DNA of 64,000 nt from IMG/VR virus record IMGVR_UViG_3300025679_000005; one strand, 5' to 3'. The position numbers and the translations under genes were made by a program. Position 1 is the first letter of the stretch, and the number at the start of each line of letters is the position of its first letter. The notes under the pieces were generated by a model. It saw only the letters and a program-made list of their open reading frames with translations, did not search any database and was not told where the DNA came from. The stretch comes from a virus (lineage: Duplodnaviria > Caudoviricetes). Shown here piece by piece: positions 9,586 through 18,582 of this stretch.

Positions 9586-10149
9586 ATGTTCCGCCTTGTT
9601 ACGCTGTACACCCCAGACTACAAGCCAGCCTCCAGCTGTGTCCCCACGGTGAGGGCTTACGCCGAGAAGCAGGGGTACGCCTTCACAGAACACACGGAGG
9701 CCATCTACAAGGAGATGGCTCCGGCCTGGAGCAAGATCCCCGCTGTGTCTATGGCTCTGATCGGTACCGAAAACGATTGGGTCGTCTGGGTGGATGCTGA
9801 CATCAAGATCACCGATCCCAGCGTCCGTTTGGAGGACATCTGGCCAAAGGACCCCAAGCTGGAGATCGTATTCTCCCAAGACAAGGACGGGCTGTGTTCG
9901 GGGTTCTTTGGGGTCAGGAGGACCTATAGAACCTTGGGGATCTTCCTTGAGGCATTGAACCGACACTCCTTCACTGAGGACGCTTGGCCTTGGGAGCAGA
10001 AAGCCCTCAAAGACCTGTTCGCATTCTACGGTTGCTACGAAGACATCATAGGCTACATCCCAGAGTCCGTGGTCAGCAACCCATTTTCCGGCCCTCAAGG
10101 GACTTTTGCCCACCACTACTGGGGAAATGGAATGCATGTCCCTACGTAA
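9586..10149 (+). CDS. Glycosyltransferase GT34 (GMA12/MNN10-like)
   Basis: PAWSKI, WVVWVDADIKITD, WEQKAL, FAHHYWG. Confidence 0.75.
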   Translation: MFRLVTLYTPDYKPASSCVPTVRAYAEKQGYAFTEHTEAIYKEMAPAWSKIPAVSMALIGTENDWVVWVDADIKITDPSVRLEDIWPKDPKLEIVFSQDKDGLCSGFFGVRRTYRTLGIFLEALNRHSFTEDAWPWEQKALKDLFAFYGCYEDIIGYIPESVVSNPFSGPQGTFAHHYWGNGMHVPT

Positions 10150-10855
10150 GGTCTACATCCGCCACAAGGAGAGCTACCCGGCCAACGTCAATACCTTCAC
10201 AGCTTACGAAGGCTTCTGGGACCTGGCTGTGGAGATCGCCCCGTTCTACGGCTTCGGGGACATCGAGACGCTGACTGACCTTAGTCCTGAGGTGGGCTTG
10301 GTCGGATTCATTGGAGACATCTGGGCGGCTCTCAAGGTGTTGGGCAAGCCCCTACCAGCAGCCCTGGACTATCCAGAAGAACTGACACCCTGGATTGGCC
10401 GCAAGATCTGGAAGGGCACCCTCAAAGAGGTCCGGGAGTCCACAGCCAAGGTCTTCATCAAGCCAGTGTTCCACAAGCTGTTCACGGGGTACGTTTGGGA
10501 CGGTTCCCGTGAAAGCCGCTGGCGCACGCTTACTTGCAGCTCAGACACGGAGCTGTGGATCTCCGAGGTAGTTGATTTCGAGTCGGAATATCGCTGTTTT
10601 CTTCAAGACAGGGAGATCGTCGGCGTTCGTCACTACAAAGGGGATTGGTCTAAAGTCCCCTATCGCCCAGTTGTCGAAGCCGCAGTCGCAGCATACAACG
10701 GACCTAGGGGATGCTCCCTAGATTTTGGAGTGACTTCTACGGGAGAGACCAAGCTCGTGGAAGCCAATGACGGATTCTCTTTGGGGTCCTACGGCTTGCC
10801 GGCAGTGACATACGCCAAACTCATTGAAGCTCGCTGGGAGGAATTGACTACATGA
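10136..10855 (+). CDS. ATP-grasp protein (DUF4343/R2K-like)
   Basis: VFIKPV..KLFTG, SEVVDFESEYRCF, LDFG, LVEANDGFSLGSYG. Confidence 0.8.
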   Translation: MSLRKVYIRHKESYPANVNTFTAYEGFWDLAVEIAPFYGFGDIETLTDLSPEVGLVGFIGDIWAALKVLGKPLPAALDYPEELTPWIGRKIWKGTLKEVRESTAKVFIKPVFHKLFTGYVWDGSRESRWRTLTCSSDTELWISEVVDFESEYRCFLQDREIVGVRHYKGDWSKVPYRPVVEAAVAAYNGPRGCSLDFGVTSTGETKLVEANDGFSLGSYGLPAVTYAKLIEARWEELTT

Positions 10856-11100
10856 ACGGACTCGCCATTGCCCAAGAAGAGGCAGCTAAGCTCGAAGTTG
10901 TCCTCGATGACACCTCTTTGGATTACATCCTCTGGGAGGAGACAGGGTGGCCCTCGTTCTTCGAGGGAGATCCCGAGGTCACTCTGAGGAAGCAGCTTCA
11001 GACAGCCCTAGCTCCTGTTGCAGAGCGTCAGAGGATACGCCGTAGGGCTGAGCTTCACGAGACTCTCCCAACCAGCTGGGAGCGCTTGGGAGAGGATTAA
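10852..11100 (+). CDS. Hypothetical protein with TSWERL tail
   Basis: Ends LPTSWERLGED. Confidence 0.65.
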   Translation: MNGLAIAQEEAAKLEVVLDDTSLDYILWEETGWPSFFEGDPEVTLRKQLQTALAPVAERQRIRRRAELHETLPTSWERLGED

Positions 11101-11423
11101 TACCCTCGCATGTTCCGATACATGTTGACCAGGTCTCCTGTGCCAAAGGCCTTCAGGAGGTCCAGTTCAATCTCTCTGAACTGTTCGACGGCAGCCCAGG
11201 CCAATTCGGCTGCTGACACTGCCTGACCCTGTCGCCACTTGTCCTCAGTGCCCTGTTGGATGATGTAAAGTGGGACGCCGCATGGCTTGAAGAGCGGAGC
11301 CACCTCCGCTGCGAACACTGCTGCGTAGATGGCCTGCTCTCCTGGGGTCAATCTCTCGGTCATGGTCCGGTCACTCGTTGTACTTGAATTCACTCTTGGG
11401 GATCCCGAATACCTCACCGACAC
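11097..11423 (-). CDS. Hypothetical protein
   Basis: ORF in a minus-strand gene run; true start uncertain. Confidence 0.5.
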   Translation of the reverse strand: MSVRYSGSPRVNSSTTSDRTMTERLTPGEQAIYAAVFAAEVAPLFKPCGVPLYIIQQGTEDKWRQGQAVSAAELAWAAVEQFREIELDLLKAFGTGDLVNMYRNMRGY

Positions 11424-11661
11424 GACCGCTCAAGTAGGCGGACACCCACCAAGTATGGGTGTAGTGCTGATCTGGTTTCTCTGGATTCTCCTTGGCATCC
11501 CCATTGGCTTCACGCATGGCTGACCTAAGAGCGAAGGACTCCTCTGGGGTCAATCCCAGGTCCTTCACCAGGTCAATGTCAGTGCAACCTCGCTGGCCAA
11601 GCACTGAGGAGCATTGGCTGAGGAAGTACTTGGCGAGGCGAGCTTCAATAGATGTGAGCAT
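11371..11661 (-). CDS. Hypothetical protein
   Basis: Start MLTSIE chosen because GGTGTA (11671-11676, minus) lies 9 nt upstream. Confidence 0.55.
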   Translation of the reverse strand: MLTSIEARLAKYFLSQCSSVLGQRGCTDIDLVKDLGLTPEESFALRSAMREANGDAKENPEKPDQHYTHTWWVSAYLSGRVGEVFGIPKSEFKYNE

Positions 11662-12265
11662 CCCCTGATCTACACCGGTCGAGGAACTCCCGTGCTTCGA
11701 GGAAATCCAACGCTTGTCCACGGAGATGCTCCACATCGCTGTCATTGCGGATGAGGTAGTCGGCGTGGGCAACCGCTCGTCCAGGGCTCTGTGAAGCCAG
11801 ACGAACCCGGGCATACTCCTCAGTGAAGCCGCTCCTGGCCATCAGGCGTTGAAGCTGAAGCTCTGGATCAATCTCCACGACCACCAGCGGGCGGAATTGG
11901 GCCCACTGCCCAGACTCGACAATCTGAGAGGCTTCATAACAGATGAGCCCATCCAATGCCAGGGACTTGTCCACGAAGCGTTGCTGGATGTGTTTCCACT
12001 GGATCTGCTCCAAGGTTCTCAGCAAGGGGTTCTTACCCTTGAACACGAATTCTCCCAGCTTTTTGCGATCGATGTGCCCGTCCCCGGTGAGGAAGTTGAC
12101 CCCGAAGATGTTGCTGATCTCGTAGTAGCAGGCCTCTCCAGGCTCCATGACCTCACGGGAAAGCTGGTCCGCATCAAGGACGTGGACGCCTTGCTCAGCG
12201 AAGAACTTGCCGACGGTGCTCTTGCCCGAGGCGATGCCGCCAGTCAGTCCGAATACGGTTCTCAT
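11645..12265 (-). CDS. coaE: Dephospho-CoA kinase
   Basis: GLTGGIASGKSTV, VLDADQLSREV, IDRKKLG..VF, ADYLIRND. Confidence 0.92.
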   Translation of the reverse strand: MRTVFGLTGGIASGKSTVGKFFAEQGVHVLDADQLSREVMEPGEACYYEISNIFGVNFLTGDGHIDRKKLGEFVFKGKNPLLRTLEQIQWKHIQQRFVDKSLALDGLICYEASQIVESGQWAQFRPLVVVEIDPELQLQRLMARSGFTEEYARVRLASQSPGRAVAHADYLIRNDSDVEHLRGQALDFLEAREFLDRCRSGDAHIY

Positions 12266-12747
12266 TAGTACGTCCAGGGAAGTTGTTCGGGGTCGTGGTT
12301 GGGGTCTGGTGGAAGGACGATTTGCTGAGGAAGCAAGGGTCTGAAGAGCGCCTCCTCTTCAGACGTCAGTTCTACATCAAAGAACCCCAGGGCTCCTTTG
12401 AGAGGTCGGAAGGGTAGGGGGATGACCTGCTCCAACTTATAGCCATGTTGTTCGCGCATATGCCAGATTCCGCCCTCGGTCGACCCAGGCGGGTAGATAT
12501 GGGTGATAACCGCCGCTCCGATGATCCCGCCCTTGAGGTACACCTTGGAGTGACGGTCGGGTAGAGGGGTTCCGCACCATATCTGGGCGAAAGAGTGGTC
12601 TGCTACGGTCATTGTCGAAGCGGCGTGGATCAGGAAGGGGAGCGGGAGGCTCAGCTTCGTCTTCCACTTTCTGTTCTCGATCCGCTTCTCCCCATCAACC
12701 ACAATTCTTCCCCAGGGCTGTCTTAACGATAGGGCCTTCACGATCAT
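12265..12747 (-). CDS. ASCH domain protein
   Basis: ALSLRQPW...G.KRIENRKW, IHA, GGIIG, KGALGFF. Confidence 0.85.
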   Translation of the reverse strand: MIVKALSLRQPWGRIVVDGEKRIENRKWKTKLSLPLPFLIHAASTMTVADHSFAQIWCGTPLPDRHSKVYLKGGIIGAAVITHIYPPGSTEGGIWHMREQHGYKLEQVIPLPFRPLKGALGFFDVELTSEEEALFRPLLPQQIVLPPDPNHDPEQLPWTY

Positions 12748-12757
12748 GTACAGCTAG

Positions 12758-12774
12758 TACACCGGTCCGGTGTA
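12758..12774. promoter_or_regulatory. Divergent GGTGTA promoter pair
   Basis: TACACC-GGTCC-GGTGTA, 10 and 12 nt from the starts at 12747 and 12787. Confidence 0.65.
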
Positions 12775-12786
12775 TAGACAGCGACC

Positions 12787-13458
12787 ATGGCATCCTCTGC
12801 AAAAATCCGCGAAGCGCACCAAGGAACCGCCCACACGCTCAGCGAGCGAGCTTACCTCACGCTGTTGATGATCTGGACGATGCTCGGCTTTGCCAGCACT
12901 ACCTGGGGAGCCTTGATCACCTACCATTCCAAGTTCTCCGGCTGGGGTACTGCGGGGTTGGTCGTTCTAGTATTCATTGGAGTCCTCGTAGCCACCTCTG
13001 AAATATTACCACTGGCCCTGATCGGTTACGCCCTCATCACTTTCCCATTTGGGCTGATGTTGGGTCCGGTAGTTGCCACCTACACGAAGGCCAGCGTCAC
13101 CCACGTCCTAGGGATCACCAGTATCCTCAGCGTCGGTCTCAGCGGCATCGGCATTATCTACCCGAAATCCCTGCGTTCCTGGGGAATTGTCCTGTTCGCC
13201 GGCCTGATTCTCCTGATCTTGAGCCAGTTTGGCCTCCTGTTCCTATCGGCCTTTGGCGTTCCCGTAGGATCGGCCCTGTCCTTCTTCGACTGGGTGGGCA
13301 TCATCCTTTTCAGCGGATTCGTCATATACGACATGAATCAGGCCATTCGCAGCGAGCGGACCCTAGTCAGCAGCCTTGCGTTCGCCATCGCCTTGTACCT
13401 GGATATCCTCAACCTGTTTATTCGGTTATTGAGTGTCTTTGGTAGTAAGGACGACTAA
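12787..13458 (+). CDS. Bax inhibitor-1/YccA family membrane protein
   Basis: About 7 TM segments; FSGFVIYD and ALYLDILNLFIRLL C-terminal signature. Confidence 0.88.
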   Translation: MASSAKIREAHQGTAHTLSERAYLTLLMIWTMLGFASTTWGALITYHSKFSGWGTAGLVVLVFIGVLVATSEILPLALIGYALITFPFGLMLGPVVATYTKASVTHVLGITSILSVGLSGIGIIYPKSLRSWGIVLFAGLILLILSQFGLLFLSAFGVPVGSALSFFDWVGIILFSGFVIYDMNQAIRSERTLVSSLAFAIALYLDILNLFIRLLSVFGSKDD

Positions 13459-13622
13459 TGCTGACCCTGAGTATCAAGCACTACGAATACGCCTCCACTG
13501 AGATACAGAACCCCGGCATGGTGCAACCACCTGACGGCGATGACTGGTTCTTCGTCGCCATGAGCGGCAACCCACACTCCCACACGGTAATCCTTTGGGC
13601 ACGAGAGAAGAAGAAACGCTAG
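13458..13622 (+). CDS. Small hypothetical protein (54 aa, not in the ORF track)
   Basis: ATG overlaps the upstream stop; reads MLTLSIKHY...WAREKKKR. Confidence 0.45.
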   Translation: MLTLSIKHYEYASTEIQNPGMVQPPDGDDWFFVAMSGNPHSHTVILWAREKKKR

Positions 13623-14401
13623 ACGATTCCTTTGGGAAGTGGTCTCATCCGACGCTGATCCTGCCCCCTAGCTACAGCTCCGATTCGAACAACCTCCGAA
13701 AGGTGGCTGAAGCTCGGGGTTGGAACGTTCATCGGGCGATTCGGTACCAGGCGCCGTTCACTGCCGGACCCCTAGCCGTTCACGGCCCCTTAGCTTTCTG
13801 CGACATTATCGCTCAGCAAGTAGGCTTGAGACTTCTGGACCCTCCGGATGCTTGGCTCGCCAACCTACCCAGGGAGTATCTCCTACGCGATGTCTGGGCG
13901 GGTACCGTTGCCGACCTCCACAAGGTCAAGTCAAAGGCGTTCATCAAACCGGCCAATGACAAGGTCTTCCAGTATGGGACCTACGAGCAAGGTCGGGATG
14001 TTCCAACAAGGCATATTGCTAGCACTTGTCCAATCCTTGTCTCCGAGGTTGTAGCCTGGGATATAGAAGTGCGCCTCTGGATCCTTGACCGCAAAGTCGT
14101 GGCCTCCGAATTCTACCGCATTGTTGGGGATCACGAGCCAAAGGTGGTTCTTGCCAGAGCCGAAGCGTTTGGCCAAGGCATCCTCGATGAGCCTGACTAC
14201 GATTTGCCCTCAGCAGTGGTCATAGACGTGGGACACATTGAAGAACGCGGCTGGGCGGCAGTGGAGGCCAACCAAGCCTATGCCTGCGGCATCTATGGGG
14301 AAGAGAACCACTCAGAGATCCTCGATGTAATCCGACGGTCTAGTGACGGCTTCGAGGTGTTGCAGCCGGAAGACGCTAAATATGTTAGGACGTACGAATG
14401 A
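13595..14401 (+). CDS. Second ATP-grasp protein (DUF4343/R2K-like)
   Basis: AFIKPANDKVF, SEVVAWDIEVRLW, VIDVG, AVEAN. Confidence 0.78.
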   Translation: MGTREEETLDDSFGKWSHPTLILPPSYSSDSNNLRKVAEARGWNVHRAIRYQAPFTAGPLAVHGPLAFCDIIAQQVGLRLLDPPDAWLANLPREYLLRDVWAGTVADLHKVKSKAFIKPANDKVFQYGTYEQGRDVPTRHIASTCPILVSEVVAWDIEVRLWILDRKVVASEFYRIVGDHEPKVVLARAEAFGQGILDEPDYDLPSAVVIDVGHIEERGWAAVEANQAYACGIYGEENHSEILDVIRRSSDGFEVLQPEDAKYVRTYE

Positions 14402-14826
14402 CCTCTGCGCTCAAGCCCTCCCCAAAGCCCGGGCAATACTGGGCCAGAGAAGCCGACACCTGCTTGTGCTACGTGACGGAATTCTGGCCTGGAGACAATT
14501 ACAGCACCGTCAGTATAAAGACCTGGACAGGATATGACTTTAACCCAGACACCTTCGTACTACCTGCTACGGGTCTCCTATGGCTTTGGCACGAAACCCA
14601 CATAGACCGTGCCCTCATTCCTTGGGACATGTTACCAGGAGACGTAGGCATCCACATGCCGACACGGCAACTGTTCTTCATCGGGCCAGGGACTGACAGG
14701 CACCTAGTGCATATCCTCAGTGACTGGTACTTCGAGAAAGATCATATCCGCTTGTTCTATGCGATCAGGCGTGATGAGACTGAGGGTGTCGCCCTCGTAA
14801 AGCGACTATCCGATCCAATTGTCTAG
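14398..14826 (+). CDS. Hypothetical protein
   Basis: Overlaps the upstream stop (ATGA). Confidence 0.5.
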   Translation: MTSALKPSPKPGQYWAREADTCLCYVTEFWPGDNYSTVSIKTWTGYDFNPDTFVLPATGLLWLWHETHIDRALIPWDMLPGDVGIHMPTRQLFFIGPGTDRHLVHILSDWYFEKDHIRLFYAIRRDETEGVALVKRLSDPIV

Positions 14827-15395
14827 CCCAGGCGAGAGTAGATGTTGACGACCCTGGCTTCTCCCAGCTCAGCTACAAGGAATGGGCGGCAGCGAGATAC
14901 TAAGTCAGCTCGGGCCTGACCCAAGTCCTCCTTGGCAACAACTGTCGCTGACAGCCAACCAACTAGGATGTCAGCAGCCTCCTCTTCTACGAGTAGTTGG
15001 GCCAGCATCATCGCAACGTCCTCGAAGTTTCCTGCCATGAAAGCCCCACGGCACTTACGGTGAATCACTTGGAGTTCGACATCAATGGGATCCCGAATAG
15101 CCTTGGCTTTGGCGTAGGCTTCATCCAGAATTGCTGCGATGTGCTCGGCCATTGACTTGCGTTGCTCAACCGAGCCGTAGCGACAGCACCGTCTACAGCC
15201 GGCGCTCATGCCAGGGTGGGCGCATGTGCACTGACTATGACAGGGAGTGGTCAGGAGGCAGGGGCAGCCACGATCATCTTCCTTGCCCTCCAAGAGGGTG
15301 GTCTTGAGGATCTCATCCTGCTTGGCGTAAAAGCAGGTGTCACAGACGCACCCCTGTATATGGATCTGATTGGTTATGCCCGAATACTTGGTCAT
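14823..15395 (-). CDS. Cys-rich N-terminal domain plus a domain paralogous to 835-1176
   Basis: CVCDTC, CPC...CHSQCTC...CRRCCR; C-terminal alignment seen by eye. Confidence 0.6.
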   Translation of the reverse strand: MTKYSGITNQIHIQGCVCDTCFYAKQDEILKTTLLEGKEDDRGCPCLLTTPCHSQCTCAHPGMSAGCRRCCRYGSVEQRKSMAEHIAAILDEAYAKAKAIRDPIDVELQVIHRKCRGAFMAGNFEDVAMMLAQLLVEEEAADILVGWLSATVVAKEDLGQARADLVSRCRPFLVAELGEARVVNIYSRLG

Positions 15396-15715
15396 GCCCG
15401 ACTCCCTTGAGTGACCCGGGCTCGCTGCGTCAGGAACTCCTCGTGGAGGTTCCCTGTCCAATGCCTAGAGAACTCCCGATCAGTGGGGACGAAGTACCAC
15501 TTGGGTCGCACAACGTAGGCAAGGTAGGTAGTCCGTGTCGTGATGTACCCCGCCATCGCCAGCTCTTCCTTTGACGCACGCCGGCTAGCTTCCGCCCAGC
15601 CAGGGTTCGAAGTGAAGAAAAGCGCCTCACATTGGTCATCGGTAACGGTTAGGATGACCGCAGCGTGCCCCATTCCGTCGTCGTAAATGGCCACAAGACC
15701 GGGGTATAGGTCCAT
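15392..15715 (-). CDS. Hypothetical protein
   Basis: GGTGTA 10 nt upstream. Confidence 0.55.
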   Translation of the reverse strand: MDLYPGLVAIYDDGMGHAAVILTVTDDQCEALFFTSNPGWAEASRRASKEELAMAGYITTRTTYLAYVVRPKWYFVPTDREFSRHWTGNLHEEFLTQRARVTQGSRA

Positions 15716-15778
15716 CGTCTAAGTATACACCAGGCCCTAGGGCCGAACCATGAAATTCCTTTATTGAATCGCTAGGGT

Positions 15779-16264
15779 GTGCGAGAACCCGATCTCCGAG
15801 GGCCGGTGGGCCGAGCATGGCTTTTTAGGAAGCCTGCGAATGAGGTCGAGCCCGAATATGAGGCTTGCTTGGCGACCTGGCTGGTCAATCGGCCGGGCTT
15901 AAACGTAGATTGGGCGTGGTGGCTGGTAGCAGTGATCCATCTTCGAGACGTTCCAGGCGCGGAACCAGCGTTCCTGGCTTACCCACAGGCGGAGTACGAA
16001 TTCATGATCTATGCAATTGATCCCGAACAGTGCCCAAACCCTGAACCCGATGCTGAAATCGGCTACCCAATCCTCACGCCCTATGAAGTTGTCGAACAAT
16101 TTCATGAGGTCACCGATACCGACGCCTCACGCCTATGCGAACTAGGGGTTCGCACAATTCTTTCAGGGGGTCTTGACCCTGTGGAGGACCATCAGGCATA
16201 CTGGAACCAATTGATTGTCAAAAACGTCGCAGAATTCCGTGATGGCAAGAACCGAACGAACTGA
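15779..16264 (+). CDS. Hypothetical protein
   Basis: 161-aa ORF with plausible composition. Confidence 0.55.
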   Translation: MREPDLRGPVGRAWLFRKPANEVEPEYEACLATWLVNRPGLNVDWAWWLVAVIHLRDVPGAEPAFLAYPQAEYEFMIYAIDPEQCPNPEPDAEIGYPILTPYEVVEQFHEVTDTDASRLCELGVRTILSGGLDPVEDHQAYWNQLIVKNVAEFRDGKNRTN

Positions 16265-16282
16265 TTCGGTGTAAAAGGGAAG

Positions 16283-16468
16283 ATGGCGGAATCAGCCCGA
16301 CCTCCTGACACGCTATTACTCCTAGAACCCGAAGAAGTCGATTGGGCCGAAGGCCATCGACTATTCCATCACCTTTGGGGGAAAGCCCACGACGGACCTG
16401 GCTATGTCAAGGACGAGTGGTATCAGCTACAGCGTTTACTAGAGGCAGCGGAGAGGAGGTCCCGCTGA
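16283..16468 (+). CDS. Small hypothetical protein
   Basis: GGTGTA 9 nt upstream; FHHLWGKA motif. Confidence 0.55.
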   Translation: MAESARPPDTLLLLEPEEVDWAEGHRLFHHLWGKAHDGPGYVKDEWYQLQRLLEAAERRSR

Positions 16469-16474
16469 TACCCT

Positions 16475-17716
16475 ATGAAGAATCGTGACAGAGTACATAA
16501 GAAGCTCAATGCTGAGCATCAAAAGGCAATTCGCAAACAGAATGCGGACTCTAAAAAAGCCAGACAGAGAGCTATCGAGATCGCCACCATCGAAGCGGTC
16601 GAGAAACGGATTGTCGAGATCCGTAAGTGCACATATGTCAAGCCTATTATCGGCGAAGACTTCATCAGCCAAGTCAAGTTCAAAGCCCCCAAGCTCTTTG
16701 ACTACCCGTACAATGAAGCGGTGGCCAAAATACCCAGGACCGGTTGGATTCGGGACATCAGTACCTGGAAGCCCTTGGGCAAGTCCAGGTATACTCAGTT
16801 TATTTCCTTGGTCGAGCACCTACTGTCCAAGTACAAGACCCCTCAGTTTTTGTGGTCGGCCTTCTTCGATAGGGAGCACGCAGAGAAGACTGTCCCCCTC
16901 GCGGTCCACGTAGCTGGTGGAGGCAGCCTTTACGAGAAAGTCCAGGACGGTTCCTTCCCTGTACCCTTCACACGGAAGCTCTGCCACGAGTTCCTGAAGA
17001 CTCCGTCCGACTATGCCTTCATGTCGGCTGTTCGCAAAATCCAAGTGGAAGCCGCTGGAGGTGACCGTAGGCTATTTCAGATTTGGCATCAGACTAGGCA
17101 CGCTCTTCGTCTAGGGACTGTTGCCGAAGAAGCCTTCTCGGCCACGGTCCTGCACTTCTTCGCCAAAACCACGATGTTGGATCCAGCGCAAATCCTACCC
17201 ACTATCGATTACATCTACAACAGACACCGTGAAGACCCCACTTTCTCAATGAAGGGTCGTTCGATGTTGGCCTTAATGCGAGACCGGGACGAATGGCACA
17301 CTCATTTGTCTCGGGTCAAGGTCCTCAAGAAGCAGACGTACGCTCCCTCTGGCTTCAAGCCTAGGGAGTACACGAAGACCTACCCTGACAGCAGAAAGGG
17401 CGGGCACTACCAAATCGTCTGGCGTATCTTCGAAATCCTCAAATCCAATGACTTGGCGGATGAGGGGCGGGCCATGCGGCACTGCGTTTACTCCTATGCT
17501 CCTCGTATCGAAGAGGGCAAGGTGTCCATCTGGTCGCTCTGTGGCGAATCCAGGGGCCAAGACCTTCGGTACCTCACTATTGAGGTCAACAACATATCGA
17601 AGCAAATCGTCCAGCTCCGAGGGATCTGCAACTCCAAGGGCGGAGCACAAGACTTGCAGATCGTGGCTCAATGGGCCGCAGACAATGGGCTTACGATCAA
17701 CACAGGACGGTGGTGA
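16475..17716 (+). CDS. PcfJ-like protein
   Basis: C-terminal LADEGRAMRHCVYSY...LTIEV...IVQLRG.CN. Confidence 0.8.
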   Translation: MKNRDRVHKKLNAEHQKAIRKQNADSKKARQRAIEIATIEAVEKRIVEIRKCTYVKPIIGEDFISQVKFKAPKLFDYPYNEAVAKIPRTGWIRDISTWKPLGKSRYTQFISLVEHLLSKYKTPQFLWSAFFDREHAEKTVPLAVHVAGGGSLYEKVQDGSFPVPFTRKLCHEFLKTPSDYAFMSAVRKIQVEAAGGDRRLFQIWHQTRHALRLGTVAEEAFSATVLHFFAKTTMLDPAQILPTIDYIYNRHREDPTFSMKGRSMLALMRDRDEWHTHLSRVKVLKKQTYAPSGFKPREYTKTYPDSRKGGHYQIVWRIFEILKSNDLADEGRAMRHCVYSYAPRIEEGKVSIWSLCGESRGQDLRYLTIEVNNISKQIVQLRGICNSKGGAQDLQIVAQWAADNGLTINTGRW

Positions 17717-17717
17717 C

Positions 17718-18077
17718 ATGGGCCTAGAAGTCTGGAGTGCCAGGATCTCGACAAGGGATAAAGATGCGTTCGACATCACGAGAAAGAGCGGGACCACCGC
17801 TTTTGCCCCGTCCTGGGGGACCCTGCGTCCCATCATCGAGTTGAATCAGGCCAAACTCGAAGTCTCCGAGCGTGACTGGCGCATCTACGCCAAGGCGTAT
17901 TTGGACGAAATGTCGAGGTCTTACAAGCTCAATAGAGGTGAGTGGGACAGGCTATTGGCCAGGGAACGAGTTGTCCTGGTATGTTTCTGCGTTACCCCAA
18001 AGCGTTGCCATCGCACCATCCTCGGTAAGATCCTGAATCGTTTGGGAGCTACGTACTACGGTGAGCTTGAGGCCTAG
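17718..18077 (+). CDS. DUF488-like small protein
   Basis: DITRKSG..AFAPSW, LVCFC.....CHRTIL. Confidence 0.6.
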   Translation: MGLEVWSARISTRDKDAFDITRKSGTTAFAPSWGTLRPIIELNQAKLEVSERDWRIYAKAYLDEMSRSYKLNRGEWDRLLARERVVLVCFCVTPKRCHRTILGKILNRLGATYYGELEA

Positions 18078-18547
18078 AGTTCGTCGATGTCGTCATCATC
18101 ATCTTGAGGGATGACTACCATGTCCTCATCGTAAGCATCGAGGGATAAGCCGGCCGTTCCAACCATGATCGAATTGCTCACGAAGGTGGCCTCGGCCCTG
18201 ATTCGATGGATCTGGCACTTTAGGACTTGCTCCAGGACATCATGAGTACAGGAGCATCCTTTGGGTAAGGGTGCTCGGAAACGAGTGACCCCACGGATAG
18301 CATCCCAATCGTCTTCCATGTTGACGGGGGCATTGGGAAGTCGGTACTCTGGGAGCTGAATCCGACGAAGGATCTTGCAGTAGGTCGAACGCTTCGTGAT
18401 GAGCCCGTCTAATCTTGAATCTTTGTTGCCGATGAACGCCAGGGTTCCGTTGGGTAGGGCGAGGAAGCGGTTACCATCCCCATGTTCGATGACATCCCCG
18501 GGTACGCTGTCCAGTTCTGTAAGTGGTTTGTCGTCAGATTCGGTCAC
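18074..18547 (-). CDS. Hypothetical protein
   Basis: GGTGTA 10 nt upstream; acidic tail. Confidence 0.55.
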   Translation of the reverse strand: MTESDDKPLTELDSVPGDVIEHGDGNRFLALPNGTLAFIGNKDSRLDGLITKRSTYCKILRRIQLPEYRLPNAPVNMEDDWDAIRGVTRFRAPLPKGCSCTHDVLEQVLKCQIHRIRAEATFVSNSIMVGTAGLSLDAYDEDMVVIPQDDDDDIDEL

Positions 18548-18582
18548 CTAGACTCCATACACCAGGCGGTGTAGAAGGGGCC

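Noticed and set aside
8328-12344. Long antisense ORFs over coaD, the glycosyltransferases and coaE
   Set aside because: Shadow frames of GC-rich genes; the opposite strand carries the recognisable motifs.
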